From Anaerolineae bacterium (lineage in GTDB: Bacteria; Chloroflexota; Anaerolineae; UBA1429), in NCBI GenBank assembly GCA_963675785.1, contig OY776562.1:832001-896000 (forward strand): DNA of 64,000 bases, read 5' to 3'. The number at the start of each line of letters is the position of its first letter. Positions within the stretch are counted from its first letter, which is position 1. A program made the position numbers and the translations under genes. The notes beneath the pieces were generated by a model. The model saw only the letters and a program-made list of their open reading frames with translations, was not told the origin of the DNA and ran no database searches. Below, one piece after another: positions 55,884 to 64,000 of this stretch.

Positions 55884-55917
55884 GAATGCCTCCTCAATGC
55901 CTATTTACTACAACCCG

Positions 55918-55947
55918 CTTATCGGGCCTTATCGGGCCTTATCGGGC
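55918..55947. repeat. 10-bp tandem repeat x3 (CTTATCGGGC) spanning a stop codon
   Basis: Directly visible; the rightmost unit contains the TAA of the hydrolase gene. Confidence 0.9.
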
Positions 55948-56673
55948 GTCTTGCCAACTCTCCAAAGGAGAGAGGATTTCCACATGGGCCTGTGGGCAGC
56001 GCACGCCCACTTGTCTGGTCAGATCGTCGGTATCAGCCTCTTGCCCGGGGAAGGTGTTATAGTGGCCGGGGATCAACACCTCGGCGCCGAGCAACTCCAT
56101 GGCATAGGCAGCCTCGCGCACGCCCATGGTGTACTTGCCGCCGATGGGCAGCACAGCCACCATCGGCTTGTATAGCTTACCAATGAGGGCCATATCGCCA
56201 AATACGCCGGTATCACCCGCAAAATAGATGGTGGGGCCGGCCTCCTGCTCAATGACCATACCGCAGGTGCCGGAGCCTGGTGTTACCTGGCCGCTCTCGG
56301 CGTATTCACGCCCCATGATATCCGAGCTATGCAGGGCAAAGACGGCATTGATGCGCACATCCAACTGTTTGATGCTGCCACCGGTGTGCAGGGTGCCGCC
56401 ATTGTGGTCATAAGGGATGCCGTGGCGCTCGCAGTAGGTGGCAATCTCGGGCAGGGTGACCAGTGTGGCGCCGGTTTGGGCCACAATCTCGATGGCGTTG
56501 CCCAGGTGGTCGTTATGGCCATGGGTGACGCAAACGAGGTCGGCGTCATCGATTTCTTCAAGAGTGATGGGGCAAGCCGGGTTGTCGGTGATCCAGGGAT
56601 CGAGGTAGATGATGGTGCCCTTGCCGGTGATCATTTTCCAGGAGCCGTGGCCGAGCCAGGTGATGGTGGTCAT
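55939..56673 (-). CDS. Metal-dependent hydrolase, metallo-beta-lactamase fold (UPF0173/UlaG-like)
   Basis: ITWLGH, DPW...NP, THGHNDH, HSS, AGDT, LPIGG..TM, P.HYNTF; start at ATG 56673 after AGGAGG. Confidence 0.9.
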   Translation of the reverse strand: MTTITWLGHGSWKMITGKGTIIYLDPWITDNPACPITLEEIDDADLVCVTHGHNDHLGNAIEIVAQTGATLVTLPEIATYCERHGIPYDHNGGTLHTGGSIKQLDVRINAVFALHSSDIMGREYAESGQVTPGSGTCGMVIEQEAGPTIYFAGDTGVFGDMALIGKLYKPMVAVLPIGGKYTMGVREAAYAMELLGAEVLIPGHYNTFPGQEADTDDLTRQVGVRCPQAHVEILSPLESWQDAR

Positions 56674-56677
56674 ATTA

Positions 56678-57622
56678 TCAGGCCTCCTTGTGCGGCGCTG
56701 ATTGCGGCGTGGAATGCGGCGCCAGGCCGCGGCGATAGTCTTTTTCCGTCCAGATGCCCAAACCGCTATTGACATAATCTTTACAGGCGGTTACTGAATC
56801 CAGCGGGCGATACCCCGTGAAATCGAGATCGTCGACGATCCAACCATCATAGCCGGCCTCACGCAGGATGGCGGTTACGGCGGGGAAATCGACACAACCG
56901 CGACCGAGTTCCACCCAACGCCCGCGCGAATCGACGCCGTAGGCGCCCTCGTCGCTGGGCACGGCTGGACCGTTGGCCCATAGCGGCGCCGTGGGGCGCC
57001 CGGCAAAGGTGACATCCTTGTAATGTACATAGGCAATGCGCGGCGCGTATTTGCGAATGGTGGCGTTCACGTCGAAATCGCCCAGCACGAGTTGGCCGAT
57101 ATCGGGACAGAACTTTAGCAGGGCCGGGTCGGTGCGGGCCATGAGCTGGTCAAAGGTGGCGGAGATCTCGAAAATGCTGCCCCAATGCTGATGCCAGGCC
57201 GTGGTCAGGCCCAGTTTGGCAGCATAGTCAGCCAGTTCGTTGGCGGTATCGGCTACGCGCCCAATGTGAGCGTCGAGGGTATCGGGCGGCAATTCGGGGT
57301 GCTTGCGGCCGCCGTCCAGTAGCATGACCTGCATACCCAGCTCGGCGCAAAAGCGGCAGCGCTCACGAAAATGCTGCATCCCGGCCAGGCGGGGTTCGTC
57401 GTACCAGTAATCCATGGAGGTGTAATAGGTGGAAAGCTCCAGATCGTGCATGCGCAGCAGGGTGGCGAGTTCGCCCACCCGATTGCTGTAGGCATCATAT
57501 AAAAAGGCAAAACACATCTCGAATCCGTCAAGGCCAGCGAGGGACATCTCGTCTAGCATACGATGCCAGTTCTCAAGGTGGTTATCTCTGAGCCACAGTT
57601 GCGTGCCGAATCCAAACTTCAC
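56678..57622 (-). CDS. Sugar phosphate isomerase/epimerase (IolE/FrlC-like TIM barrel)
   Basis: G.DG.E, H.HWGS, CPD.G, YVHYKD, ELG.G.VDF, GYDGW. Confidence 0.85.
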   Translation of the reverse strand: MKFGFGTQLWLRDNHLENWHRMLDEMSLAGLDGFEMCFAFLYDAYSNRVGELATLLRMHDLELSTYYTSMDYWYDEPRLAGMQHFRERCRFCAELGMQVMLLDGGRKHPELPPDTLDAHIGRVADTANELADYAAKLGLTTAWHQHWGSIFEISATFDQLMARTDPALLKFCPDIGQLVLGDFDVNATIRKYAPRIAYVHYKDVTFAGRPTAPLWANGPAVPSDEGAYGVDSRGRWVELGRGCVDFPAVTAILREAGYDGWIVDDLDFTGYRPLDSVTACKDYVNSGLGIWTEKDYRRGLAPHSTPQSAPHKEA

Positions 57623-57692
57623 TTGTTACCCCCTCTCATTATGATGATGGCATGGTGCCACGCTCTATTGGGCATGTCAAACAAAAGTTGTA

Positions 57693-57721
57693 TTGACAAG
57701 AGGCCCTCAGACTAGTATATT
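57693..57721 (+). promoter_or_regulatory. Sigma70-type promoter of the Re-citrate synthase gene
   Basis: TTGACA-N17-TATATT. Confidence 0.8.
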
Positions 57722-57732
57722 TACACAAAATA

Positions 57733-57773
57733 CAGGCGAAGACGCCAATGGCGGCGTGTTCGCCTGCTTTTTT
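57733..57773 (+). promoter_or_regulatory. Leader terminator-like hairpin (putative attenuator)
   Basis: CAGGCGAA-G-ACGCC-AATGGC-GGCGT-G-TTCGCCTG followed by CT6, immediately after the promoter. Confidence 0.7.
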
Positions 57774-57867
57774 ATACCCGTGAACAAGGCCGAAGTTTGA
57801 TCTACTTTGATAAAGACATGTGGTGCGGTTGGGCAGATGTCACTTTGGTGACAGGAGTGTGGGTCGT

Positions 57868-59253
57868 ATGTTAGAGTTCAACAAGAGAAGTAATACGCTG
57901 GAAGAGAACGAGTACGAGTTTGAGCTGCAAGATGTTGAGAATCCCCATCTTTACAGGCTCTTGTACACCTATGACCAAGTGCCCAAGATCCCCTTCAACC
58001 ATCGCCATGTGCCCATGCGTACTCCTGATGAACTCTGGATCACGGATACGACCTTTCGCGATGGCCAGCAGGCTCGCGAACCTTATTCCACCGGGCAGAT
58101 CGTGCAGTTGTTCGAGTATTTGCATGCTCTCAGCGGCCCCAAAGGCATCATCCGCCAGAGCGAGTTCTTTTTGTACAGCAAGCGCGACCGCGACGCCGTA
58201 GAGGCTTGCCGCGCCTTGGGTTACGAGTTCCCCGAGATTACCGCCTGGATTCGGGCGCGTAAAGAGGATTTCGAGCTAGTCAAGAGCATGGGCATTGCCG
58301 AGACGGGCATTTTGGCAAGCTGTTCGGACTATCACATTTTCAAGAAATTGCACATGACTCGCCGCCAGGCCATGGATCAGTTCCTGGGGGTGATCAAGGA
58401 TGCGCTTTCGGTGGGGGTGCGGCCGCGCGTCCATTTCGAGGATATCACTCGCGCCGATTACTATGGCTTTGTACTGCCCTTTGCCAGTGCCATCCGTAAA
58501 CTAGGCGAAGAGGCGGGCGTACCCATCAAGATTCGCGCCTGTGACACGCTGGGCTACGGTGTCAGTTATCCGGGTGCGGCGCTGCCACGCAGTGTGCCGG
58601 GTATTGCCTACGGGTTGTGGCACCATGCCCGCATTCCCAGCGAGCAGCTCGAATGGCACGGCCACAACGATTTTTTCAAGTCGGTTACCAACTCGGGTAC
58701 AGCCTGGCTGTATGGCATGTCGGCTGTGAACTGCACTCTGTTGGGCATCGGCGAACGCACGGGCAACACGCCCACTGAGGCGATGGTGTTCGAGTATGCG
58801 GCACTGCGTGGCACCACGGACGGCATGGATACGACGGTGATTACCGACATTGCTGATTATTACCGCAAAGAGCTGCATTACGAGGTACCGCCGATGTCGC
58901 CATTGGTTGGTGAGGATTTTAACACCACGCGCGCGGGCATTCACGCCGACGGCCTGGCCAAGGATGAAGAAATTTACAATATCTTTGATACGACGGCACT
59001 GCTCAAGCGCCCAGTGCGCGTGCTGGTCAATCAGTCTTCGGGCGCTGCCGGCGTATCTCACTGGATCAACACCTACTTTGGATTGCTCGAAGCCGAGCGC
59101 ATCGACAAACGGGATAATCGGCTGGCGCCGTTGATTGATTGGGTGGCCCAGGCCTATGAAGAAGGGCGTGAGACGGCTTTTAACGATCACGAGATGACTC
59201 TGGCGCTGCAAATGATTTGCCCGGATGTGTATGCTGAGGTAGCAGTAGAGTAG
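57868..59253 (+). CDS. Re-citrate synthase (DRE-TIM/LeuA superfamily)
   Basis: WITDTTFRDGQQ, GPKGIIRQSEFFLY, PEITAWIRA, SCSDYHIF.K, EDITRAD, EWHGHNDF, GERTGN, TRAGIHADG. Confidence 0.85.
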   Translation: MLEFNKRSNTLEENEYEFELQDVENPHLYRLLYTYDQVPKIPFNHRHVPMRTPDELWITDTTFRDGQQAREPYSTGQIVQLFEYLHALSGPKGIIRQSEFFLYSKRDRDAVEACRALGYEFPEITAWIRARKEDFELVKSMGIAETGILASCSDYHIFKKLHMTRRQAMDQFLGVIKDALSVGVRPRVHFEDITRADYYGFVLPFASAIRKLGEEAGVPIKIRACDTLGYGVSYPGAALPRSVPGIAYGLWHHARIPSEQLEWHGHNDFFKSVTNSGTAWLYGMSAVNCTLLGIGERTGNTPTEAMVFEYAALRGTTDGMDTTVITDIADYYRKELHYEVPPMSPLVGEDFNTTRAGIHADGLAKDEEIYNIFDTTALLKRPVRVLVNQSSGAAGVSHWINTYFGLLEAERIDKRDNRLAPLIDWVAQAYEEGRETAFNDHEMTLALQMICPDVYAEVAVE

Positions 59254-59313
59254 TAGGCGGATAGTTCCGCGAATACATGGCTGCATGGCGATGTGTCAAG
59301 ATAATCAATATGC

Positions 59314-59357
59314 TTTACAATTACACTGATATGGAGTATGATATCAGTGTAATTGTA
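59314..59357 (+). promoter_or_regulatory. abiE promoter with overlapping 17-bp inverted-repeat operator
   Basis: TACAATTACACTGATAT-N8-ATATCAGTGTAATTGTA (59316-59357) overlaps TTTACA-N17-TATGAT. Confidence 0.85.
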
Positions 59358-59376
59358 TTATTGGGAGAATGTGGCC

Positions 59377-59964
59377 ATGAATATGACAACGGAACTGAGC
59401 CAATTAATAAAAGACAATAATGGCATTCTGCTTGCTTCTGATGCAGAACAGGCTGGGGTGTCGAGAACTCGTCTCTCCAAGTTAGTAGAACAGGGCTTAC
59501 TTGAACGTACATCCTGGGGGGTCTATGTGCTCGCTGGTGCCATGGATGATGAACTATTTTCTATGCAACAACGGGCTCCAAAGGTTGTCTATTCGCATGA
59601 GACAGCACTATTTTTGCATGGATTGAGTGATCGGACCCCGTTTCATCATTCCATTACGGTGCCCAGTGCGTACAAACCCTCTCAATTGCTGCGAGAGAGG
59701 TGCAAGGTCTATTACATCAAACGTGGCTTGATTGATTTGGGCAAGACCATTGCCAAGACTAACTTGGGCAACACAGTCACTGTGTACGATATAGAACGGA
59801 CCATTTGCGATGTTGTCAGGAGTCGCAATAGGATGGATGCGCAAATTGTTAGTGAGGCGCTAAGGCGGAGCGCCGACTCTCTTGATCTGAACAGGCTCTA
59901 TAGCTACTCGAAAGAGTTTGGTGTAACGGACATGCTTCGCTGCTACTTGGGGGTGCTGTTGTGA
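59377..59964 (+). CDS. abiEi: Type IV toxin-antitoxin antitoxin, AbiEi family
   Basis: N-terminal wHTH (G.L.R...GVY), SHETAL.LHGLSD..P, ERTICD..R. Confidence 0.92.
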   Translation: MNMTTELSQLIKDNNGILLASDAEQAGVSRTRLSKLVEQGLLERTSWGVYVLAGAMDDELFSMQQRAPKVVYSHETALFLHGLSDRTPFHHSITVPSAYKPSQLLRERCKVYYIKRGLIDLGKTIAKTNLGNTVTVYDIERTICDVVRSRNRMDAQIVSEALRRSADSLDLNRLYSYSKEFGVTDMLRCYLGVLL

Positions 59965-60794
59965 GCTCCAAGGCGATGAGCTTGAAAGCAAAGATCCGCA
60001 ACTTGGCTGCCAAGCAGCATATCACTGCTCAAGTCGTTTTGCAGAACTATATGTTCGAACGCTTGCTAGAGCGTATTTCTGTTTCGCCATATAAGGATAA
60101 CTTTATTCTCAAGGGTGGCATACTGATTGCAGCAATGGTTGGCCTAGATACTCGATCTACTATGGATATGGATGTGACGATCAAGGCCTACCCTTTGGAT
60201 GAAGAACGGATTCGAGGCTTGTTGGAAAGAGTCTGCGCAATTCGATTGAATGATGACGTGAGTTTTCGTGTGCTCAGCCTTGAATCCACCCGAAAAGACG
60301 ATGAATACGGTGGATTTCGCGCTAGCCTGGAGGCAAGGTACGATACCTTGATCACGCCGCTATCACTAGATATCTCGACAGGCGATATCATTACACCTCG
60401 AGAAATTTTGTACCCATTCAAAGCGATTTTTGATGAGGGGAAGCAAGTCGAATTGTGGGCCTATAATGTCGAAACGATTTTGGCGGAGAAAATAGAGACT
60501 ATACTTCGCCGAGGCGTGTTTAACACTCGTCTCAGAGATTTTTATGATGTTTATATTCTGTCCGAAACCCAGCAGTTCGATATGGAATTGTTTGTTCAAG
60601 CGTTTGCAGCAACAGCAGCGCACCGGGGAACTAGCGAGCAAATTGCCGATGTCTCGATGATTTTAGAAATGATTGAGAACAGCGCTGACTTGCAAGTGAT
60701 GTGGGCAAGATATCAACAGGAATACGAATATGCATATGGTATCACCTATGGAGATACTGTGGCGGCAGTTTTGGGATTGGTGAGTATAAAATAG
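59961..60794 (+). CDS. abiEii: Type IV toxin-antitoxin toxin, AbiEii nucleotidyltransferase
   Basis: ER.L.R.S.S.Y..NFILKGG, R.T.D.D, D.STGD.ITP, E.ILAEK, NTR.RDFYD; GTGA overlap with abiEi. Confidence 0.93.
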   Translation: MSSKAMSLKAKIRNLAAKQHITAQVVLQNYMFERLLERISVSPYKDNFILKGGILIAAMVGLDTRSTMDMDVTIKAYPLDEERIRGLLERVCAIRLNDDVSFRVLSLESTRKDDEYGGFRASLEARYDTLITPLSLDISTGDIITPREILYPFKAIFDEGKQVELWAYNVETILAEKIETILRRGVFNTRLRDFYDVYILSETQQFDMELFVQAFAATAAHRGTSEQIADVSMILEMIENSADLQVMWARYQQEYEYAYGITYGDTVAAVLGLVSIK

Positions 60795-60850
60795 TTCGTA
60801 CAGGGTTGCCTTTACAAGAAGGCAGTTTATGGGTTGCTGAAAGCCCGATA

Positions 60851-60878
60851 AGGGGAAGGGTCAACCGACCTTTCCCCC
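60851..60878 (+). terminator. Hairpin after abiEii
   Basis: GGGGAAGGGTC-AACC-GACCTTTCCCC. Confidence 0.6.
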
Positions 60879-60962
60879 TGTCGTTTTGTGCCGATTATGC
60901 ATGTGGCACAGTGCTGGCTGATGTGGTATCTTACGGCTAATGGCAGATTACTTGGAGAGATC

Positions 60963-62873
60963 ATGAAAATGTTTCCCGCATTTCTCGATAGTCCTGTTTC
61001 ACCCGCATTTGTTGCAGCAGGCAAGCGTTTGGGGTGTGTAACCTGGTCGCCAGATGGTCGGCATCTTGGCTGGCTGGAGACGCGTTCCGGGAAGGGTATC
61101 GTCGTGGTGGGGGACGGCAGTGCCGATGCGCCGCGCGATTTGAACTCGGACATTTCTGTGCGGGCTCGCGTGGGTTACGGCGGGGGTGATTTGACGTTGA
61201 CCAACGAGGCCGCCATTTACGCGGCTGATGGGCAGCTTTGGGTACAGCCGCTGGAGTATGGTTGCCGTTCACTGCTCTGTGCCGAATCAGGCAACGGGGC
61301 CTCGGTTGCTGTTTCTCCTGATGGCCGCTATGCCATCTATGTGCAATCCGATGGTGTTGTGGACCGTCTGATGAGCCTTAGCCTCACAAAGGGCGCTTCA
61401 GCCACTCCTCGTGTTCTCGCAAAGGGCGCCGATTTCTATATGCAGCCGGTTTGGCATCCTACGGGCAATCGCATTGCCTGGGTACAGTGGAATCACCCCA
61501 ACATGCCCTGGGATGGTGCCGAGTTGCATCTTGCTGATGTTTCTGTACGTGACGACGGTCTGCACATCGATAAGGATCGCGTTGTTGCCGGTGGCGCGCA
61601 TGTAATGACTCTACAGCCCGAGTTCTCACCCGATGGGCGTATGATAAGCTATATCAGTGACGAAACCGGTTGGAGCGGCCTGTATGTGATGGACCCGGAT
61701 AACGGCCTGAGCCAACCCCTTTTGGTGGGTGAGTTTGAGGTGGGCGTGCCGGCTTGGAGTCAGGGTGTTCGTACTACCGGTTGGAGCCCCGACAGCAAGG
61801 GACTTTATGCCATCATCAACGATAAAGGCGTCATGCGCATCGTCTATGCCGATCTTCCCTCGGGAGAGACGCATCCTGTAGAATCGCTAGCGCAATATAC
61901 GTTTGCTTCGGGCTTGACAGTCTCGTCTCGCGGAGAGCTGGCTTTTGTGGGCGGCAGCGAGACTATTCCTAACCGCGTCGTTACGTATGCCCCGGCTACT
62001 GGCAAAGTAAGGATTCGCGCCCGGTCCGAGGGCGAAACACTGCCACCAGAAATCCTCTCTCGTGCCGAACCCATTACCTGGCAAACTGCGGATGGCAGTG
62101 ATGTCTATGGCCTCTTGTACAGACCTGCACGCCTTCCGAGCGGCATTTTGCCGCCACTGCTGGTGCATGTGCATGGAGGGCCCACGGGCCAGGCTTTGGC
62201 ATCCTACAGCGCGGGCAATCAGTTCTTTACGACGCGGGGTTTTGTGGTGCTGGAGGTCAACTATCGCGGCAGCTCTGGCTATGGACGCGAATACCTACAA
62301 AAGCTGCGCGGCCAGTGGGGAGTGGCAGATGCCCAGGATGCCATGACAGGGGCGCGTTATGTGGTAGAGCGCGGCTGGGCGAATAAAGATCAGGTGATGA
62401 TTATGGGCGGCAGCGCTGGCGGCCTGACGGTGCTGCAGTCGCTCATTCTCTATCCGGGGTTCTATGCTGCAGGGCTTTGCCTCTATGGCGTTACTGACCT
62501 GGAATCCCTCACTCGCGATACCCACAAATTCGAGCTGCATTACACAAATTCGCTGGTTGGTGTGCTACCTGGCGCTCAACAAGTCTATCGCGATCGTTCA
62601 CCGCGGTACCACGCCGACCAGATTCATGACCCGGTGGCCATCTTCCAGGGTGCGGACGATGTGGTTGTTCCCCCCTCGCAGGCTGAGGCGATTGTGCAAG
62701 CACTGCAAGAGAACGATGTGCCCCACATCTACCACGTGTATGAAGGCGAAGGGCACGGTTGGCGCAAGTTCGAGACCATTGTGGCCTTTTACGAGACGGC
62801 ACTGGACTTTATCGCCGAATACGCTATGGATAACTATGCGGAGCCTGATCCGGCGGCAGAAGGGGTGGATTAG
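60963..62873 (+). CDS. S9 family peptidase (prolyl oligopeptidase/acylaminoacyl peptidase-like)
   Basis: Beta-propeller SPDG repeats, WNHPNMPWD, HGGPT, NYRGSSGYGR, GGSAGG, QG.DD.VVP, GEGHG. Confidence 0.93.
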   Translation: MKMFPAFLDSPVSPAFVAAGKRLGCVTWSPDGRHLGWLETRSGKGIVVVGDGSADAPRDLNSDISVRARVGYGGGDLTLTNEAAIYAADGQLWVQPLEYGCRSLLCAESGNGASVAVSPDGRYAIYVQSDGVVDRLMSLSLTKGASATPRVLAKGADFYMQPVWHPTGNRIAWVQWNHPNMPWDGAELHLADVSVRDDGLHIDKDRVVAGGAHVMTLQPEFSPDGRMISYISDETGWSGLYVMDPDNGLSQPLLVGEFEVGVPAWSQGVRTTGWSPDSKGLYAIINDKGVMRIVYADLPSGETHPVESLAQYTFASGLTVSSRGELAFVGGSETIPNRVVTYAPATGKVRIRARSEGETLPPEILSRAEPITWQTADGSDVYGLLYRPARLPSGILPPLLVHVHGGPTGQALASYSAGNQFFTTRGFVVLEVNYRGSSGYGREYLQKLRGQWGVADAQDAMTGARYVVERGWANKDQVMIMGGSAGGLTVLQSLILYPGFYAAGLCLYGVTDLESLTRDTHKFELHYTNSLVGVLPGAQQVYRDRSPRYHADQIHDPVAIFQGADDVVVPPSQAEAIVQALQENDVPHIYHVYEGEGHGWRKFETIVAFYETALDFIAEYAMDNYAEPDPAAEGVD

Positions 62874-62879
62874 CCAGAT

Positions 62880-64000
62880 ATGCTGCACAGGCGACTAGAG
62901 GAGATTGGCCCGGATGATTTAGCGCTTTACGGGGGCAGGGCTTACCATCTTGCTGAAGCACGGCGGCTGGGTTGTCCTGTTCCCGATGCGATGGTGCTCT
63001 CGACACAATTGTACACTCGGTTTCTGGAGCAGGGCGGACTGGATGGAGAGATACTCTCCATTCTCTCGACCATGCAACCCAGCGCCATGCACCAGTTTCG
63101 TGCAGTAGAATGGGCTATCAACTCTGCCTTTGCCGTGCGCAGGCTTCCCAAGAGTGTACGCGAAGCGATTTTGGATCTGGCGCCTTTGTTGGATGATGGC
63201 CCAGTGGTGGTGCGTTCTTCGGCTACCACCGAAAGCGGATCAGCGCACAGCTTTGTGGGTCAGCATAGCAGTTATACGGATATCCACACGCCGGAGGAGC
63301 TTGTTCAGGCCGTTGTGGACTGCTGGCAATCGATGTACAGCGCTCGTGCCCTGCATTACGCACACCATTTTGGGGTAAATCTCTCACGTTCGGCTATGGC
63401 AGTTATGGTTCAGCGCCAAGTTGAGATTGTGAACAAGGGAGCACTCTTTACAGTCAACCCGATCTCGGGCAATCCTGATGAATTCGTGATGCAATCGTTA
63501 GAGGATGGAGCATCTACTGTTCGTACATTGAATCCATATGATCCCAGCTCTTGCGAAAGCTTTCTCGAACGCCAGATGTTGCGTTACGGCCTCTTGTTGG
63601 ACGAACATTTGAAGCAGTATCAAGTGGTCGAGTGGACAGTGGATGCATCTCAGATTTGGATATTGGGGGTGCGGCCGATTACCGGGGTGCCGCCTTATCT
63701 GCCAGCCCGGCCGGATGCACATGAGGCGGTTGCCCAGTGGAACTTGGTCAACCCCCACGGCTGGGATGGGCGTGAGCTTCCGCCTTATTCGTGGTATCAT
63801 CGCAGCCGGGCGCGCGATATTCGCTATGCTTTGGAAGAGGGACTATCGCGGCAGCAGGTGCGAGCTGCCGATGACAGATTTTTGAGGGGATATCGTTATT
63901 TGCCTGCGAATGCTGCAAAGCGGGCGCAGGGAAGCAGCAGGATTTCACGCTCGGTACCAGCGGTGGTTCGACAACTGGCGATGACCACGCGCACAGAACG
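62880..64000 (+). CDS. PEP/pyruvate-binding (PPDK_N ATP-grasp) domain protein, divergent, truncated by the window's right edge
   Basis: Not in ORF track. Manual translation: MLHRRLEEIGPDDLALYGGRAYHL..G.PVP...VVVRSSATTES...SFVGQH..CWQS..MAVMVQ..LFTVNPISG..VEW..WILGVRPIT; open to the window end. Confidence 0.82.
   Translation, partial: MLHRRLEEIGPDDLALYGGRAYHLAEARRLGCPVPDAMVLSTQLYTRFLEQGGLDGEILSILSTMQPSAMHQFRAVEWAINSAFAVRRLPKSVREAILDLAPLLDDGPVVVRSSATTESGSAHSFVGQHSSYTDIHTPEELVQAVVDCWQSMYSARALHYAHHFGVNLSRSAMAVMVQRQVEIVNKGALFTVNPISGNPDEFVMQSLEDGASTVRTLNPYDPSSCESFLERQMLRYGLLLDEHLKQYQVVEWTVDASQIWILGVRPITGVPPYLPARPDAHEAVAQWNLVNPHGWDGRELPPYSWYHRSRARDIRYALEEGLSRQQVRAADDRFLRGYRYLPANAAKRAQGSSRISRSVPAVVRQLAMTTRTE

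Noticed and set aside
55918-55947. 10-bp triple repeat as a phase-variation switch
   Set aside because: The extra units lie after the stop codon, so copy number would not change the protein; likely a slippage duplication.
62942-63948. Short ORFs listed at the right edge
   Set aside because: Explained by the single open PPDK_N-like frame starting at 62880.

Overview
Chromosomal window from a GC-rich anaerobic bacterium; the gene content and style suggest Chloroflexota/Anaerolineae (inference). It is mostly metabolic and housekeeping: Mrp, a stand-alone EF-G, CarD, a two-gene group 3-type [NiFe]-hydrogenase, Pgi, gcvH/PA/PB, RsmI, Fpg, Xth, Tgt, Re-citrate synthase, many carbohydrate-processing enzymes and an AbiEi/AbiEii toxin-antitoxin pair. 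I recognise no rRNA, tRNA, CRISPR array, transposase or integrase. The most interesting signals are largely non-coding: (1) a Moco-type riboswitch ahead of two duplicated acidic lipoproteins with a Cys-less molybdopterin-oxidoreductase-like fold; (2) an Arm/Rmt-family 16S methyltransferase overlapping tgt, with an ANT(4')/KNTase-like gene nearby and no mobile element; (3) a structured 87-bp repeat in three copies bracketing a low-GC orphan gene; (4) an unannotated 18-aa leader peptide with alternative hairpins ahead of a MefA-like MFS pump; (5) unrecognised structured leaders ahead of carD, a B12-binding protein gene, fusA and Re-citrate synthase. Two real genes truncated by the window edges are missing from the ORF track. 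All family calls come from motif recognition by eye, not database searches.
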